Both the position numbers and the translations under genes were made by a program. 64,000 bases of DNA from Bacteroidota bacterium (GTDB lineage: Bacteria > Bacteroidota > Bacteroidia > Sphingobacteriales > Sphingobacteriaceae). Positions within the stretch are counted from its first letter, which is position 1, and each line of letters starts with the position of its first letter. Below, piece after piece: positions 37,400 to 47,267 of the stretch. The stretch lies in the NCBI GenBank assembly GCA_040389105.1, contig JAZKAO010000029.1, positions 390-64,389 of the forward strand, given 5' to 3'. Under the pieces are notes generated by a model. That model was not told the origin of the DNA. It saw nothing but the letters and a program-made list of their open reading frames with translations, and made no database searches.

Positions 37400-37995
37400 T
37401 AAAATTGGGGCTGTAGTTTTTTTAGTAAAACAGCGCCAAACAGGTACCCCACTATCGTGCCATAAATAGCACCCGCCAAAATGTCAATAGGGTAATGCAC
37501 CCCAACGTATAATTGCGCCAGGCAAACCAGCACAGCCCATAGCAGGCACCAAAACCATATCCCCCGCCAGCGTTTATGAAAAACCATAATCAAAAACACT
37601 GCTATAGCAAAGTGGTTACTGGCGTGCGATGATGGGAAGCTATAGCCGGTACCGCAGGGCACCCGGCTAATAATGGTTTGTGCCAAAGCCGGATCGTTAC
37701 AGGGCCGCAGGCGCTTTACCAGAGGTTTTGCTATGCTGGCACTGCCAAAATCAGAAACCGCGAAAGTGGCCAGCAGCATCAGGATAATCACAATACCCTG
37801 CTTTTTGTAACGCATCAGGCAAAAAATAAGGATAAAGGCATAAACCGGGATCCAAAACTGCGGGTAGCGCAAATAAGGCATTATACAATCGAAAAACCGG
37901 TTTGACAGGGTATGATTAAAGAAATAGAATAGCTTACGATCGAGTTGTAATAAATATTGGGGCATAGCGGTTTTGCAAACGGCTAAATATACCAA
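37399..37995 (-). CDS. PAP2 family phosphatase
   Basis: K......RP, SFPSSH, YVGVHYPID. Confidence 0.9.
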   Translation of the reverse strand: MVYLAVCKTAMPQYLLQLDRKLFYFFNHTLSNRFFDCIMPYLRYPQFWIPVYAFILIFCLMRYKKQGIVIILMLLATFAVSDFGSASIAKPLVKRLRPCNDPALAQTIISRVPCGTGYSFPSSHASNHFAIAVFLIMVFHKRWRGIWFWCLLWAVLVCLAQLYVGVHYPIDILAGAIYGTIVGYLFGAVLLKKLQPQF

Positions 37996-38007
37996 TAAAT
38001 TGAATTG

Positions 38008-38139
38008 TTGGGCTAAAGACCCGTTTGAATGCTGCTTATCCGTTGGCTGAAGCCAACGGCAATCAATTAACTTACCTGATTGATTGCCGGCCCTTTTAAG
38101 GGATCGATAAAAATGCTACACCCTTATGGCTTTAGCCAA
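38008..38139. mobile_element. Multi-hairpin MITE-like element
   Basis: Ends TTGGGCTAAAG / CTTTAGCCAA; inner stems CCGTTGGC-tgaa-GCCAACGG and GGCAATCAAT/ATTGATTGCC. Confidence 0.65.
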
Positions 38140-38235
38140 ACAAATACAAGAGCGAATGGGTTGCATTTAAAACATCAATTAATACATCAACATCAACACA
38201 ATAATATTTATTTTTACCGACTAAAATATTTCATC

Positions 38236-39624
38236 TTGACACTCATTAAATCAATATCAGGAATTAGAGGCACTATAGGCGGCGCGGCAGGCGATGGTTT
38301 AACACCGTTGGATATTGTTAAATTCACATCGGCTTATGGTAGCTGGGCTGTAAAAAAATCGGGCCTCAAAAAAATTGTTGTCGGTCGCGATGCCCGTTTA
38401 TCAGGCACTATGGTTAATAATATTGTGATAGGTACTTTGCAGGGTTTGGGTATTGATGTGGTAGATTTAGGCCTGTCCACAACCCCAACTGTTGAGGTAG
38501 CTGTTCCGCTTGAAAAAGCCGCCGGTGGCATTATCCTAACCGCCAGCCATAACCCAAAACAATGGAATGCACTAAAACTATTAAACGCTGATGGCGAATT
38601 TATCAGCGATGCCGATGGTAAAGAAGTATTGGATATAGCCGAACGCAGCGATTTTATTTATGCCGATGTAAACGACCTGGGTACCGTAACCGCCGATGAT
38701 ACTTACCTGCAAAAACACATAGACCAAATACTGGCGCTGCCACTGGTTGATATAGAAGCCATTGCTAAAGCCGATTTTAAGGTGGTGATTGATTGCGTAA
38801 ACTCCACAGGTGGCATATTTGTACCGGCTTTGTTGGCAGCTTTAGGCGTTAAAACCGTACACAAATTATATTGCGAGCCCGATGGCCATTTTCCGCATAA
38901 TCCTGAGCCGCTGCCCGAGAACTTAACTGCCTTATCAAAGGAAGTTTTAAGCAAACGCGCCGACCTGGGCATAGCTGTTGACCCCGATGTTGATCGACTT
39001 TGCTTTGTTTGCGAGGACGGCAATATGTTTGGCGAAGAATATACCCTGGTGGCTGTGGCCGATTATATCCTGCAAAACCAAAAGGGTAATACAGTATCAA
39101 ACCTGTCATCAACCCGTGCCTTGCGCGATGTGACCGAGAAAGCCGGTGGTGTATACAATGCCGCCGCGGTAGGAGAGGTGAACGTAGTGAACCAAATGAA
39201 AGCCACCAATGCCATTATAGGCGGCGAGGGCAATGGTGGAGTGATCTACCCCGAACTGCATTACGGCCGCGACGCGCTGGCTGGTATCGCTTTATTTTTA
39301 ACCCACCTGGCAAAATTCGGTAAGCCGGTTTCGGTGCTGAAAAGCAGCTATCCTAACTATTTTATCTCTAAAAATAAGATCACGCTAACGCCCGAGATGG
39401 ATATAGATGCCTTGTTGCTGAAGGTTGAGGAGAGGTATAAAAGTCAGCCACATACCACAATTGATGGTTTAAAGATAGAATTTGATAAAGAATGGGTACA
39501 TTTGAGACGGTCAAACACCGAACCGATCATCAGGATCTATTCTGAAGGTAACTCGGAAACGGTTGCCAACAACCTGGCCAATAAAATTATTAACGATATA
39601 AAAGAAATTTTAAAACTCAGTTAG
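38236..39624 (+). CDS. glmM: Phosphoglucosamine mutase (alpha-D-phosphohexomutase)
   Basis: (M)TLIKSISGIRG from TTG 38236; TASHNP, DPDVDR, GGEGNGG, RRSNTEP. Confidence 0.9.
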   Translation: MTLIKSISGIRGTIGGAAGDGLTPLDIVKFTSAYGSWAVKKSGLKKIVVGRDARLSGTMVNNIVIGTLQGLGIDVVDLGLSTTPTVEVAVPLEKAAGGIILTASHNPKQWNALKLLNADGEFISDADGKEVLDIAERSDFIYADVNDLGTVTADDTYLQKHIDQILALPLVDIEAIAKADFKVVIDCVNSTGGIFVPALLAALGVKTVHKLYCEPDGHFPHNPEPLPENLTALSKEVLSKRADLGIAVDPDVDRLCFVCEDGNMFGEEYTLVAVADYILQNQKGNTVSNLSSTRALRDVTEKAGGVYNAAAVGEVNVVNQMKATNAIIGGEGNGGVIYPELHYGRDALAGIALFLTHLAKFGKPVSVLKSSYPNYFISKNKITLTPEMDIDALLLKVEERYKSQPHTTIDGLKIEFDKEWVHLRRSNTEPIIRIYSEGNSETVANNLANKIINDIKEILKLS

Positions 39625-39704
39625 TCAGAAAGTCCGGACCTGCAAGTCCGTAAGCAAAACATTGCCGCGACCTATGGGATGCTAACTAAAAACCCACAAA
39701 AAAC

Positions 39705-40841
39705 ATGCGCGTATACTTAGATAACGCTGCCACGACCCCGATGGATCCCGCAGTGTTAACAGAAATTTACAAAGTGATGGAAAATCATTTTGGTAACCCA
39801 TCATCCATTCACGCGCATGGTCGCGAAGCAAGGTCGCTACTGGAAAAGGCACGTAAAACCGTAGCAGGTTTGCTGCATGTTTCGCCCGCCGAGATCTTTT
39901 TCACATCGGGCGGCACCGAAGCCGATAATACCGCCATCAGGTGCAGTATTAATGATCTTGGCCTAAAATTCGCCATCACCAGTAAGCTGGAACACCACGC
40001 CGTTATCCACACGCTTGAAGCTATGGAACGCGCCGGTGCCATTACCCTTAAGTTTGTTGATGTAGACAGCAAGGGTAATATCAATTACGATCAATTAGAA
40101 GAAATGCTGCAAGGGCAGGGCCGTACCCTGGTATCCCTGATGCATGCCAATAACGAATTAGGTACCCTTACCGATATTGAGCGCGTAGGCGACATCTGCG
40201 AAAAGTATGATGCCGTTTTCCATTGCGATACGGTACAAACCATGGGCCATTATCCGCACGATTTAAGCAAAATGAAAGTGCATTTTATCGCTTGCGCCGC
40301 ACACAAATTTCACGGACCGAAAGGCGTTGGCTTTTTGTATGTGAACCATAAAGTGAAAATTAAGCCCATGATATACGGCGGTGCGCAGGAACGCAACATG
40401 CGTGGCGGTACCGAAAATATTTACGGTATTGCAGGCCTGGCTAAAGCGCTGGATATCTGTTACGCCGAAATGGAGATACATCAGGCACATATCCAGGGCT
40501 TAAAATCGTACATGAAGCAGCAGTTAGAGGAAAGCGTTCCGGGTATAGCCTTTAACGGCGAAACTGACGAAGCTAAAAGCCTTTACACTGTACTGAACGT
40601 TTCTTTCCCCGAGATGGATATGGGCGATATGCTACTGTTTAACCTGGATATAGCCGGCATCTCGGCATCGGGTGGTAGTGCATGCAGTTCGGGCAGTAAT
40701 ATCGGCTCGCACGTGTTAACAGCTATTGGCGCAAGCCCGGCAAGGCCATCGGTTAGGTTCTCGTTCTCCAAATATACTACTAAGGAAGAGATTGATTACG
40801 CGGTGGCAAAGGTGAAAGATATTTGCCTGGTGAACGCATAG
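39705..40841 (+). CDS. iscS: Cysteine desulfurase (IscS/NifS-like)
   Basis: YLDNAATT, GNPSS.H, FTSGGTE, AHKFHGPKG, GGSACSSG. Confidence 0.93.
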   Translation: MRVYLDNAATTPMDPAVLTEIYKVMENHFGNPSSIHAHGREARSLLEKARKTVAGLLHVSPAEIFFTSGGTEADNTAIRCSINDLGLKFAITSKLEHHAVIHTLEAMERAGAITLKFVDVDSKGNINYDQLEEMLQGQGRTLVSLMHANNELGTLTDIERVGDICEKYDAVFHCDTVQTMGHYPHDLSKMKVHFIACAAHKFHGPKGVGFLYVNHKVKIKPMIYGGAQERNMRGGTENIYGIAGLAKALDICYAEMEIHQAHIQGLKSYMKQQLEESVPGIAFNGETDEAKSLYTVLNVSFPEMDMGDMLLFNLDIAGISASGGSACSSGSNIGSHVLTAIGASPARPSVRFSFSKYTTKEEIDYAVAKVKDICLVNA

Positions 40842-40864
40842 GTTTACTTCATCGCAAAATATTT

Positions 40865-40896
40865 AGAGCCAATAACTTTTGTTATTGGCTCTTTTT
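40865..40896 (+). terminator. Intrinsic terminator after the cysteine desulfurase gene
   Basis: 12 bp stem AGAGCCAATAAC / GTTATTGGCTCT plus T tail. Confidence 0.8.
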
Positions 40897-40934
40897 ATGT
40901 ATATTATAATATAAGATAACCTAAGCTAATATAT

Positions 40935-41909
40935 ATGAAATACATAGAACTAACAGCCAATTATCTAAGCACTATAGATTGGCTTGGCGATACGATTATT
41001 GATTGGGCTTCAGGAGGTACACAATACACTTTGGATGGCCAAATAAAGCAATCGCTTCCTTATCATTACGGTAGGTTCGACAGGGCTATTGCATCTGCTG
41101 ATGGTGTCTACTCTTTTATTTATAAAAGTCTTGGCACAAAAGGCCTGCTGCTGAAAAATGGCGAGATAATGAGGGAAATTAACCGGCCATATTATTGCGC
41201 TGAAGTTTATGAATATCCCGCTGCATTTATCACGGTTGGTAGTGCTGCTTATCTTATACATTGCCCCATATCATACAATCAACTTGATTTTGAAGAAGTA
41301 GAGACAGGCAAGTTGGTAACTAATATACCCGGACGAAAACCTGCTGATATTTTTCACTCAAGACTTGAAATCAGTCCCGATGGAACAACATTGCTTTGCA
41401 GGAGTTGGGGGTGGCATCCCGTAGAATTTATAGAAGTGTTTAATATAGCTGATTGTATCAAAACTCCACAGGCACTCGATATCTACCCGGTGTTCTTTCC
41501 TGACGGTGCCCAAATATGTACTGCAAGTTTTATTGATAATGAGAACATCCTTATTGGTTCATCAGATGAACTGATCAATGAAGAAAATATCGTAATGCCA
41601 CAAAAGAGTGTCGCGGTATGGAATTTAAAAACTAAGGAGTTTTCAAAACCAGTGAAAGTTACAGAAGAGTTTGGGAATTTGTTTGCGATAGATGACAACA
41701 TTGCCTGGGATATGTTTAAGTATCCTAAAACAATTGATATTCGCACGGGAGAAATATTGGATAAGGTAGATTACGTAAACAGTGGTGATCAGCGTTCATC
41801 AATTTTAGGCAATTTACAATACCACTACCCTCAAATAGCTTTTAACCGCCAAACAAAAAGCATCGCGATAGCAGGAAAAGATAAAATTAATATTTTACTA
41901 CCTGACTAA
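40935..41909 (+). CDS. AT-rich hypothetical protein, predicted beta-propeller-like
   Basis: 324 aa ORF; REINRPYYCAEVYEYP, FHSRLEISPDG, WGWHP; beta-strand rich. Confidence 0.75.
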   Translation: MKYIELTANYLSTIDWLGDTIIDWASGGTQYTLDGQIKQSLPYHYGRFDRAIASADGVYSFIYKSLGTKGLLLKNGEIMREINRPYYCAEVYEYPAAFITVGSAAYLIHCPISYNQLDFEEVETGKLVTNIPGRKPADIFHSRLEISPDGTTLLCRSWGWHPVEFIEVFNIADCIKTPQALDIYPVFFPDGAQICTASFIDNENILIGSSDELINEENIVMPQKSVAVWNLKTKEFSKPVKVTEEFGNLFAIDDNIAWDMFKYPKTIDIRTGEILDKVDYVNSGDQRSSILGNLQYHYPQIAFNRQTKSIAIAGKDKINILLPD

Positions 41910-41911
41910 AC

Positions 41912-41955
41912 TTCTATCTTCCGGACTTCCGGTCTTTCCGTCTTTCTGACTTTCC
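41912..41955. repeat. GTCCGGAAG-family repeat (reverse orientation)
   Basis: TTCTATCTTCCGGACTTCCGGTCTTT (41912-41937) is identical to 23938-23963. Confidence 0.9.
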
Positions 41956-42011
41956 TCAAAACAATTTCTCGAATCGATGAGTTTATTAATTATAAACTAA
42001 ATAAACAACCT

Positions 42012-42332
42012 ATGGAAGCAAGTAATAAAAGCGGAAACGGATTTAAGAGTAATTCCGATCCAAACGAAATTCCCGGACAAAAACATTCAGAAAACGAAAT
42101 GCCTGAACGCGAACAGGCTGATAAAGAAAGCCAGGGCTATTCCAATCAACAGGAAGTGCAGCAACATAACGATGGTAATGATGCGTCGTTCAGCGAACAA
42201 ACCGATGTTACGCCGCCAAAGGAACATGAGTTTCCATCTGAAGGGCGCGCCACTACTGATTTTACGCCAGGCAACCATGGCCGCACAACCGGCCGCATGG
42301 TAGGGCACGAGCCGGGGACGGAAGGGATATAA
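42012..42332 (+). CDS. Small hydrophilic, probably disordered hypothetical protein
   Basis: 106 aa, rich in E/S/N/G/D with no hydrophobic core; AT-rich leader typical of a real start. Confidence 0.65.
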   Translation: MEASNKSGNGFKSNSDPNEIPGQKHSENEMPEREQADKESQGYSNQQEVQQHNDGNDASFSEQTDVTPPKEHEFPSEGRATTDFTPGNHGRTTGRMVGHEPGTEGI

Positions 42333-42335
42333 AAA

Positions 42336-42425
42336 CCTCACCCCAACCCCTCTCCTTTGGAGAGGGGCTTTGAGAATCTAATCATTAAATTAAAGTCCTC
42401 TCCTTTGGAGAGGATTTAGGAGAGG
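42336..42425. repeat. CCTCTCC-TTT-GGAGAGG double-hairpin repeat
   Basis: Two hairpins at 42347-42367 and 42396-42414; related half-copy near 43898-43930. Confidence 0.8.
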
Positions 42426-42431
42426 TGAATT

Positions 42432-42668
42432 ATGAATACCGAATATAATAACCCGGGCAATGCCGGGGATAATAATCAATGGAAAAAGGAACAGGAAATG
42501 GGTAGTACACCGGGATCCGATACCACTAACAAAGGTCTTGAAAGTCGTGGTCCGAATAAAAGTAAACTATTTCGTGTTTTAAATCCAGACGGTAGCCTTG
42601 CCGATCTTCCGGATGAAAACGTGCCCGGCAAGGGCGCACTGGATGGGACAGTAGGATTAGGAACATAG
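42432..42668 (+). CDS. Small hydrophilic hypothetical protein
   Basis: 78 aa ORF, N/G/D-rich. Confidence 0.55.
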   Translation: MNTEYNNPGNAGDNNQWKKEQEMGSTPGSDTTNKGLESRGPNKSKLFRVLNPDGSLADLPDENVPGKGALDGTVGLGT

Positions 42669-42789
42669 ATTCCATACATAAAGAATAAATGTAAAGGTTG
42701 CCTTTTAGGTAGCCTTTTTAAGTTTAGCCTTGCCGTGGTATTTAACGATTGGTAAATTTTTTTATATTTGGTTATATAAAAATTGAAGC

Positions 42790-43896
42790 ATGAAACCTGT
42801 TTTACTATTCCTGTCACTTGCATTTGCCTGCAGCGCATTTGCGCAAGCTCCAAAGTTCACAATTATTAAAAGCAATGCGGCTACCCCGGTTAAAAATCAG
42901 GGTATGTCTGGCACTTGCTGGTGCTTTTCAAGCACGGCCCTGGTGGAGAGTGAACTACTATTTAAAAAACAACCCGAAAGCGATCTGTCCGAGGTGTTTA
43001 CTGTTTATAGTTTATACATTGATAAGGCCGAAAAGTATATTCGCCGCCGTGGCAATACCCGCTTTACCGAGGGTGGCATCCAGCAGGATATGATCTATTG
43101 CACCAATACCTACGGCGCTGTTCCGCAGGATATTTACCCGGGTGTAGGTAAGGATGTAGTATTAAATAAGGATGGCGAGATGGAGGGCAAACTGAAAGGT
43201 TACCTGGATGATATCCTAAAGAAATACAAGGACACCATCCCAACAAACTGGGAAGTAGCTTATAAGGATATTTTAGGCAGCTACCTGGGCACACCTCCCG
43301 AAAAGTTTAGCTATAATGGTAAAGAATATACCCCTAAAACCTACGCTGCCGAAAATGTATCGGTAAAACTGTCTGATTATATCGGCATCACTTCTTTTAC
43401 CCATCACCCTTATTATACCACTTTCGCTATGGAAGTACCTGATAATTATAATAGCAATATGTTTTATAACGTGCCGCTTGATGAGATGATTAACAGCGTT
43501 AAACAGGCTATTATGAAAGGGTACACTATTGCCTGGGATGCCGATGTAAGCAATAGCGGCTTTCAGCAGGGTAAAGGTTACGCCAAATGGACCGGTAGCC
43601 CGGCCGATGCTAAGGCCTTTGATACCTTTACCGAACAAACCCCAACCGCTGCCATCCGCCAGCAATTGTTTGACAGGCAGGTTACCCAGGACGATCACCT
43701 GATGCAGATTACCGGTTTAGCTAAAGATGAAAAGGGTAACGAATATTTCATTGTGAAAAACTCGTGGGGTAAGGTTGGCCCCAATGTAGGCTATATTTAT
43801 GTAAGCATGCCTTATTTCAGCATTAATACCATTTCGGTATTGGTCAACAAAAAAGCAATTGCCCCGGCATTGGTTTCGAAGGCAGCGGAGGAATAG
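42790..43896 (+). CDS. Secreted C1 family cysteine peptidase (aminopeptidase C-like)
   Basis: Signal peptide; QGMSGTCWCFS, DHLMQI, VKNSWG. Confidence 0.92.
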   Translation: MKPVLLFLSLAFACSAFAQAPKFTIIKSNAATPVKNQGMSGTCWCFSSTALVESELLFKKQPESDLSEVFTVYSLYIDKAEKYIRRRGNTRFTEGGIQQDMIYCTNTYGAVPQDIYPGVGKDVVLNKDGEMEGKLKGYLDDILKKYKDTIPTNWEVAYKDILGSYLGTPPEKFSYNGKEYTPKTYAAENVSVKLSDYIGITSFTHHPYYTTFAMEVPDNYNSNMFYNVPLDEMINSVKQAIMKGYTIAWDADVSNSGFQQGKGYAKWTGSPADAKAFDTFTEQTPTAAIRQQLFDRQVTQDDHLMQITGLAKDEKGNEYFIVKNSWGKVGPNVGYIYVSMPYFSINTISVLVNKKAIAPALVSKAAEE

Positions 43897-43947
43897 GCTT
43901 CACCCTAACGCCTCTACAGCGGAGAGGCGTTTAAGAAAATATCCGCC

Positions 43948-43986
43948 AAAAGAAAAGCGGCCCGAATTTCGGGCCGCTTTTCTTTT
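43948..43986. terminator. Bidirectional intrinsic terminator
   Basis: AAAAGAAAAGCGGCCCG / CGGGCCGCTTTTCTTTT stem. Confidence 0.85.
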
Positions 43987-44033
43987 ATATGTGATCTTCC
44001 GGACTTTCTGTCTTTCCTGACTTCCGGACTATT

Positions 44034-44879
44034 CTAATTAGCCATCATCTTTAAAAATGATGCCAGTTTGTCTTTCATTTCGCGGCGATCAACAATAAAG
44101 TCAAGGAAACCATGTTCCTGCACAAATTCGGCAGTTTGGAAACCTTTTGGTAAGTCTTTTTTAATTGTTTCCTTAATTACACGCGGGCCGGCAAAGCCAA
44201 TCAGCGAACCAGGCTCGGCAATATTAATATCGCCCAGCATAGCGTACGATGCGGTTACACCACCCGTAGTAGGGTCCGTAAGTAACGATATATACGGAAC
44301 CTTGGCCTGTGCCAGTAAAGCCAGCTTGGCCGATGTTTTAGCCATTTGCATCAGCGAAAAGGCTGCTTCCATCATGCGGGCACCGCCCGATTTGGATATC
44401 ATCAGGAATGGTGTTTTGGTAGCGATGCTGTGATCAATAGACCGGGCTATCTTTTCGCCCACTACCGATCCCATCGATCCGCCGATGAAATTAAAATCCA
44501 TACAGGCAATCACAATATCCTGGCCGTCAATTTTACCATAAGCCGCGCGGATGGCATCGTTAAGCCCGGTTTTTTTGATAGTGTCTTTTAGCCTGTCGCT
44601 GTATTTTTTAGTATCGGTAAAGTTTAGCGGGTCGCCCGATGTTAGGTTGGGCGCCAGTTCGGTAAACTCGTTATTGTCAAATAAAATAGAAAAGTATTCT
44701 TTTGATCCTATCCGGATATGATAGCCGCAATAATGGCATACATACTGGTTTTCAACCTGGTCCGAGTAGTGTAAAGGTTTTTTACATTGCGGGCATTTGT
44801 TCCATATTCCATCAGGGGCTTCCTTCTTGTCTTCAGTAGACGTAATTATTCCTTTAAGTTCCCTTTTAAACCACGACAT
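44034..44879 (-). CDS. accD: Acetyl-CoA carboxylase carboxyltransferase beta subunit
   Basis: WNKCPQC...CHYC zinc finger, [27 protein letters not shown]. Confidence 0.97.
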   Translation of the reverse strand: MSWFKRELKGIITSTEDKKEAPDGIWNKCPQCKKPLHYSDQVENQYVCHYCGYHIRIGSKEYFSILFDNNEFTELAPNLTSGDPLNFTDTKKYSDRLKDTIKKTGLNDAIRAAYGKIDGQDIVIACMDFNFIGGSMGSVVGEKIARSIDHSIATKTPFLMISKSGGARMMEAAFSLMQMAKTSAKLALLAQAKVPYISLLTDPTTGGVTASYAMLGDINIAEPGSLIGFAGPRVIKETIKKDLPKGFQTAEFVQEHGFLDFIVDRREMKDKLASFLKMMAN

Positions 44880-45091
44880 ATTTGATTCTTCTTCGTTCAA
44901 TGTATCTGCAAAGAAACGAAAAAAATGTTTGACTTGTTTGTATTTAGGCAGGAGATATTAGATTTTCGTTTTTTGATAGGTAATTAGCACGATGCTTAAA
45001 TGATACTTGGTGTATTATTTACACTAATATCTTTTAATCTATCAATATTGTAGAGAAATTTTATAACTTCGGGCATCAAAATAAATATTCC

Positions 45092-46171
45092 ATGGATTTA
45101 AAAAACTATAAGGGTGTACTGCATGGCGACCTGGTGCAGGAACTGTTTGAAATAGCCAAAAAGCACCAGTTTGCCTTACCGGCTGTAAATGTTATTGGTA
45201 CAAATACCGTTAACGCTGTATTGGAAACTGCGGCGGCGGTTAAATCGCCGGTTATTATCCAGTTATCAAATGGCGGCGCGCAATTTTACGCGGGCAAATC
45301 GTTAGATAACTCTAAACTGCAGGCTTGCATTTTAGGTGGCGTATCTGCCGCTAAGCACGTTCATTTACTGGCCGAGCATTATGGCGTTGCCGTAATACTG
45401 CATACCGACCACGCGGCTAAAAAGCTGTTACCATGGATTGATGGTTTGTTAGACTATGGCGAAAAGCATTTTGCCGAAACAGGTAAACCCTTGTTCTCAT
45501 CGCACATGCTGGATCTTTCGGAAGAGCCAATTGAAGAAAATATTGAAATATCTGCCAAATACCTGGCGCGCATGGCCAAAATGGGCATGACCCTTGAAAT
45601 TGAGTTAGGGGTAACCGGTGGCGAAGAAGACGGTGTTGACAACAGCGATGTGGATAGCTCGCGCTTATATACCCAGCCCGAAGAAGTTTCGTATTCGTAC
45701 GAACATTTGTTGAAAGTTAGCCCGCGCTTTACCGTAGCTGCTGCCTTTGGTAACGTGCATGGCGTTTACAAACCGGGTAACGTAAAGTTGCAGCCGGTTA
45801 TTTTGCATAACTCGCAGGAGTATGTGAAACAAAAATTTGGCCTGACTGACGAAAAGCCGATCAATTTTGTATTCCACGGTGGTTCTGGCTCCAGCCAGGA
45901 GGAAATTCGCGAGGCGATATCTTACGGTGCCATTAAAATGAATATCGATACCGATATGCAATGGGCTTACTGGGAAGGTATTAAAAACTACTACCAGGCT
46001 AAAGAAGGCTACCTGCAAACACAAATTGGCAGCCCCGATGGCGAAGATTCGCCAAACAAAAAATATTACGATCCGCGGGTATGGCTGCGCAAAGGCGAAG
46101 AGAACTTTGTAAAACGCCTTACCAATGCCTTCGAGGACTTAAATTGTATTGATGTGAACAGCAAATTATAG
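45092..46171 (+). CDS. fbaA: Class II fructose-bisphosphate aldolase
   Basis: LHTDH, HMLDLS, EIELG.TGGEED, FGNVHG, FHGGSG, KYYDPR. Confidence 0.97.
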   Translation: MDLKNYKGVLHGDLVQELFEIAKKHQFALPAVNVIGTNTVNAVLETAAAVKSPVIIQLSNGGAQFYAGKSLDNSKLQACILGGVSAAKHVHLLAEHYGVAVILHTDHAAKKLLPWIDGLLDYGEKHFAETGKPLFSSHMLDLSEEPIEENIEISAKYLARMAKMGMTLEIELGVTGGEEDGVDNSDVDSSRLYTQPEEVSYSYEHLLKVSPRFTVAAAFGNVHGVYKPGNVKLQPVILHNSQEYVKQKFGLTDEKPINFVFHGGSGSSQEEIREAISYGAIKMNIDTDMQWAYWEGIKNYYQAKEGYLQTQIGSPDGEDSPNKKYYDPRVWLRKGEENFVKRLTNAFEDLNCIDVNSKL

Positions 46172-46192
46172 TATTTGCTGTTATAACGTCAC

Positions 46193-46226
46193 AAAAACGC
46201 CGGTGCATTGTTGTACTGGCGTTTTT
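46193..46226 (+). terminator. Intrinsic terminator after fbaA
   Basis: AAAAACGCCGGTGCA / TGTACTGGCGTTTTT stem with G-U pairs. Confidence 0.7.
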
Positions 46227-46266
46227 CGTTTACATTTAACTCACCAAATTATTAAACAATACCCCC

Positions 46267-46767
46267 ATGACAAAAAAGGTTAAAAAGAATTTCTTCGAAA
46301 GGTTTTCTAACTGGGCCACCATGGCTACAGGGAGTTCGGCCGCATTTTTAATCGCTATCTCGATTATTTTAGTGTGGATAGTTACCGGGCCGATATTTCA
46401 TTATTCGGATACGTGGCAACTGATCATTAATACCGGTACTACCATTGTTACTTTTTTAATGGTATTCCTGATCCAGAAATCGCAAAATAAAGACTCAAAA
46501 GCCATACATTTGAAGCTGAATGAACTGCTGGCATCGCACCAGGGGGCCAGTAACCGCATGGTTGATATTGAGGACCTGACCGAAAAGGATCTGGACCAAT
46601 TGCATAAATACTATGTTAAATTATATGCCTTAGCCGAAATGGAAGATGACCTGACCTGCAGCCATTCGATTGATGCTGCCGAAGAGAATCATAACAGTAA
46701 ATTAGCCAACTACAAAACCAAACCACATTATATCAATGCCCGGAACAAAAAACATACAGGTAAATAA
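46267..46767 (+). CDS. Low-affinity iron permease family (Fet4-like) protein
   Basis: WQLIINTGTTIVTFLMVFLIQ..QN.D..AI.LKLNEL. Confidence 0.88.
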   Translation: MTKKVKKNFFERFSNWATMATGSSAAFLIAISIILVWIVTGPIFHYSDTWQLIINTGTTIVTFLMVFLIQKSQNKDSKAIHLKLNELLASHQGASNRMVDIEDLTEKDLDQLHKYYVKLYALAEMEDDLTCSHSIDAAEENHNSKLANYKTKPHYINARNKKHTGK

Positions 46768-47167
46768 AGTAACCGACCCCGCCGAACTTGAAAAGGTTTT
46801 TGCCATACGCCGCGAAGTTTTTGTGGGCGAGCAAAACTGCCCGCCCGAACTGGAATGGGAGTTTGAAGATGAATCAACCCATTTTTTAGCCACGTTTGAT
46901 GGCGAACCCGCCGGTGCATCGCGCTGGCGCAAAACGGATAAGGGTTATAAGCTGGAGCGTTTCGCGGTGTTGCAAAAGTTTCGTGGTTATGGGGTAGGGC
47001 AGGCCCTGGTACAGGCCGTATTAGCCGATCTGCCAACTGGTGCTGATTATGTTTACCTGCATGCCCAGATACAAGCTGTAACCCTTTACGAGAAGTTTAA
47101 CTTTGAGAAAACGGGGCCTGAGTTTGAGGAAGCAGGGATCAGGCATTATAAGATGGTGAGGAAATAA
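46736..47167 (+). CDS. GNAT family N-acetyltransferase (ElaA/YjcF-like)
   Basis: IRREVFV.EQ, LERFAV...RG.GVG, LHAQ, FEEAGI.H..M. Confidence 0.9.
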   Translation: MPGTKNIQVNKVTDPAELEKVFAIRREVFVGEQNCPPELEWEFEDESTHFLATFDGEPAGASRWRKTDKGYKLERFAVLQKFRGYGVGQALVQAVLADLPTGADYVYLHAQIQAVTLYEKFNFEKTGPEFEEAGIRHYKMVRK

Positions 47168-47180
47168 GACTTTTATACCA

Positions 47181-47262
47181 TGTCATTGCGAGGTACGAAG
47201 CAATCGCGAACTTTGCACAACTGCTCTATGGGTGTGCGATTGCTTCGTACCTCGCAATGACA
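47181..47262. repeat. REPIN-like inverted repeat, family A, third copy
   Basis: 27 bp perfect IR with a 28 nt spacer between convergent genes. Confidence 0.92.
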
Positions 47263-47267
47263 ACCGG

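Noticed and set aside
37399-37995. PAP2 motif 3 reads AQ instead of SR
   Set aside because: As I recall this variant is common in Bacteroidetes PAP2 proteins; both catalytic His residues and the Asp are intact.
38080-38235. 52 aa N-terminal extension of glmM
   Set aside because: It reads through the MITE-like element and an AT-rich leader; the conserved protein begins at TTG 38236.
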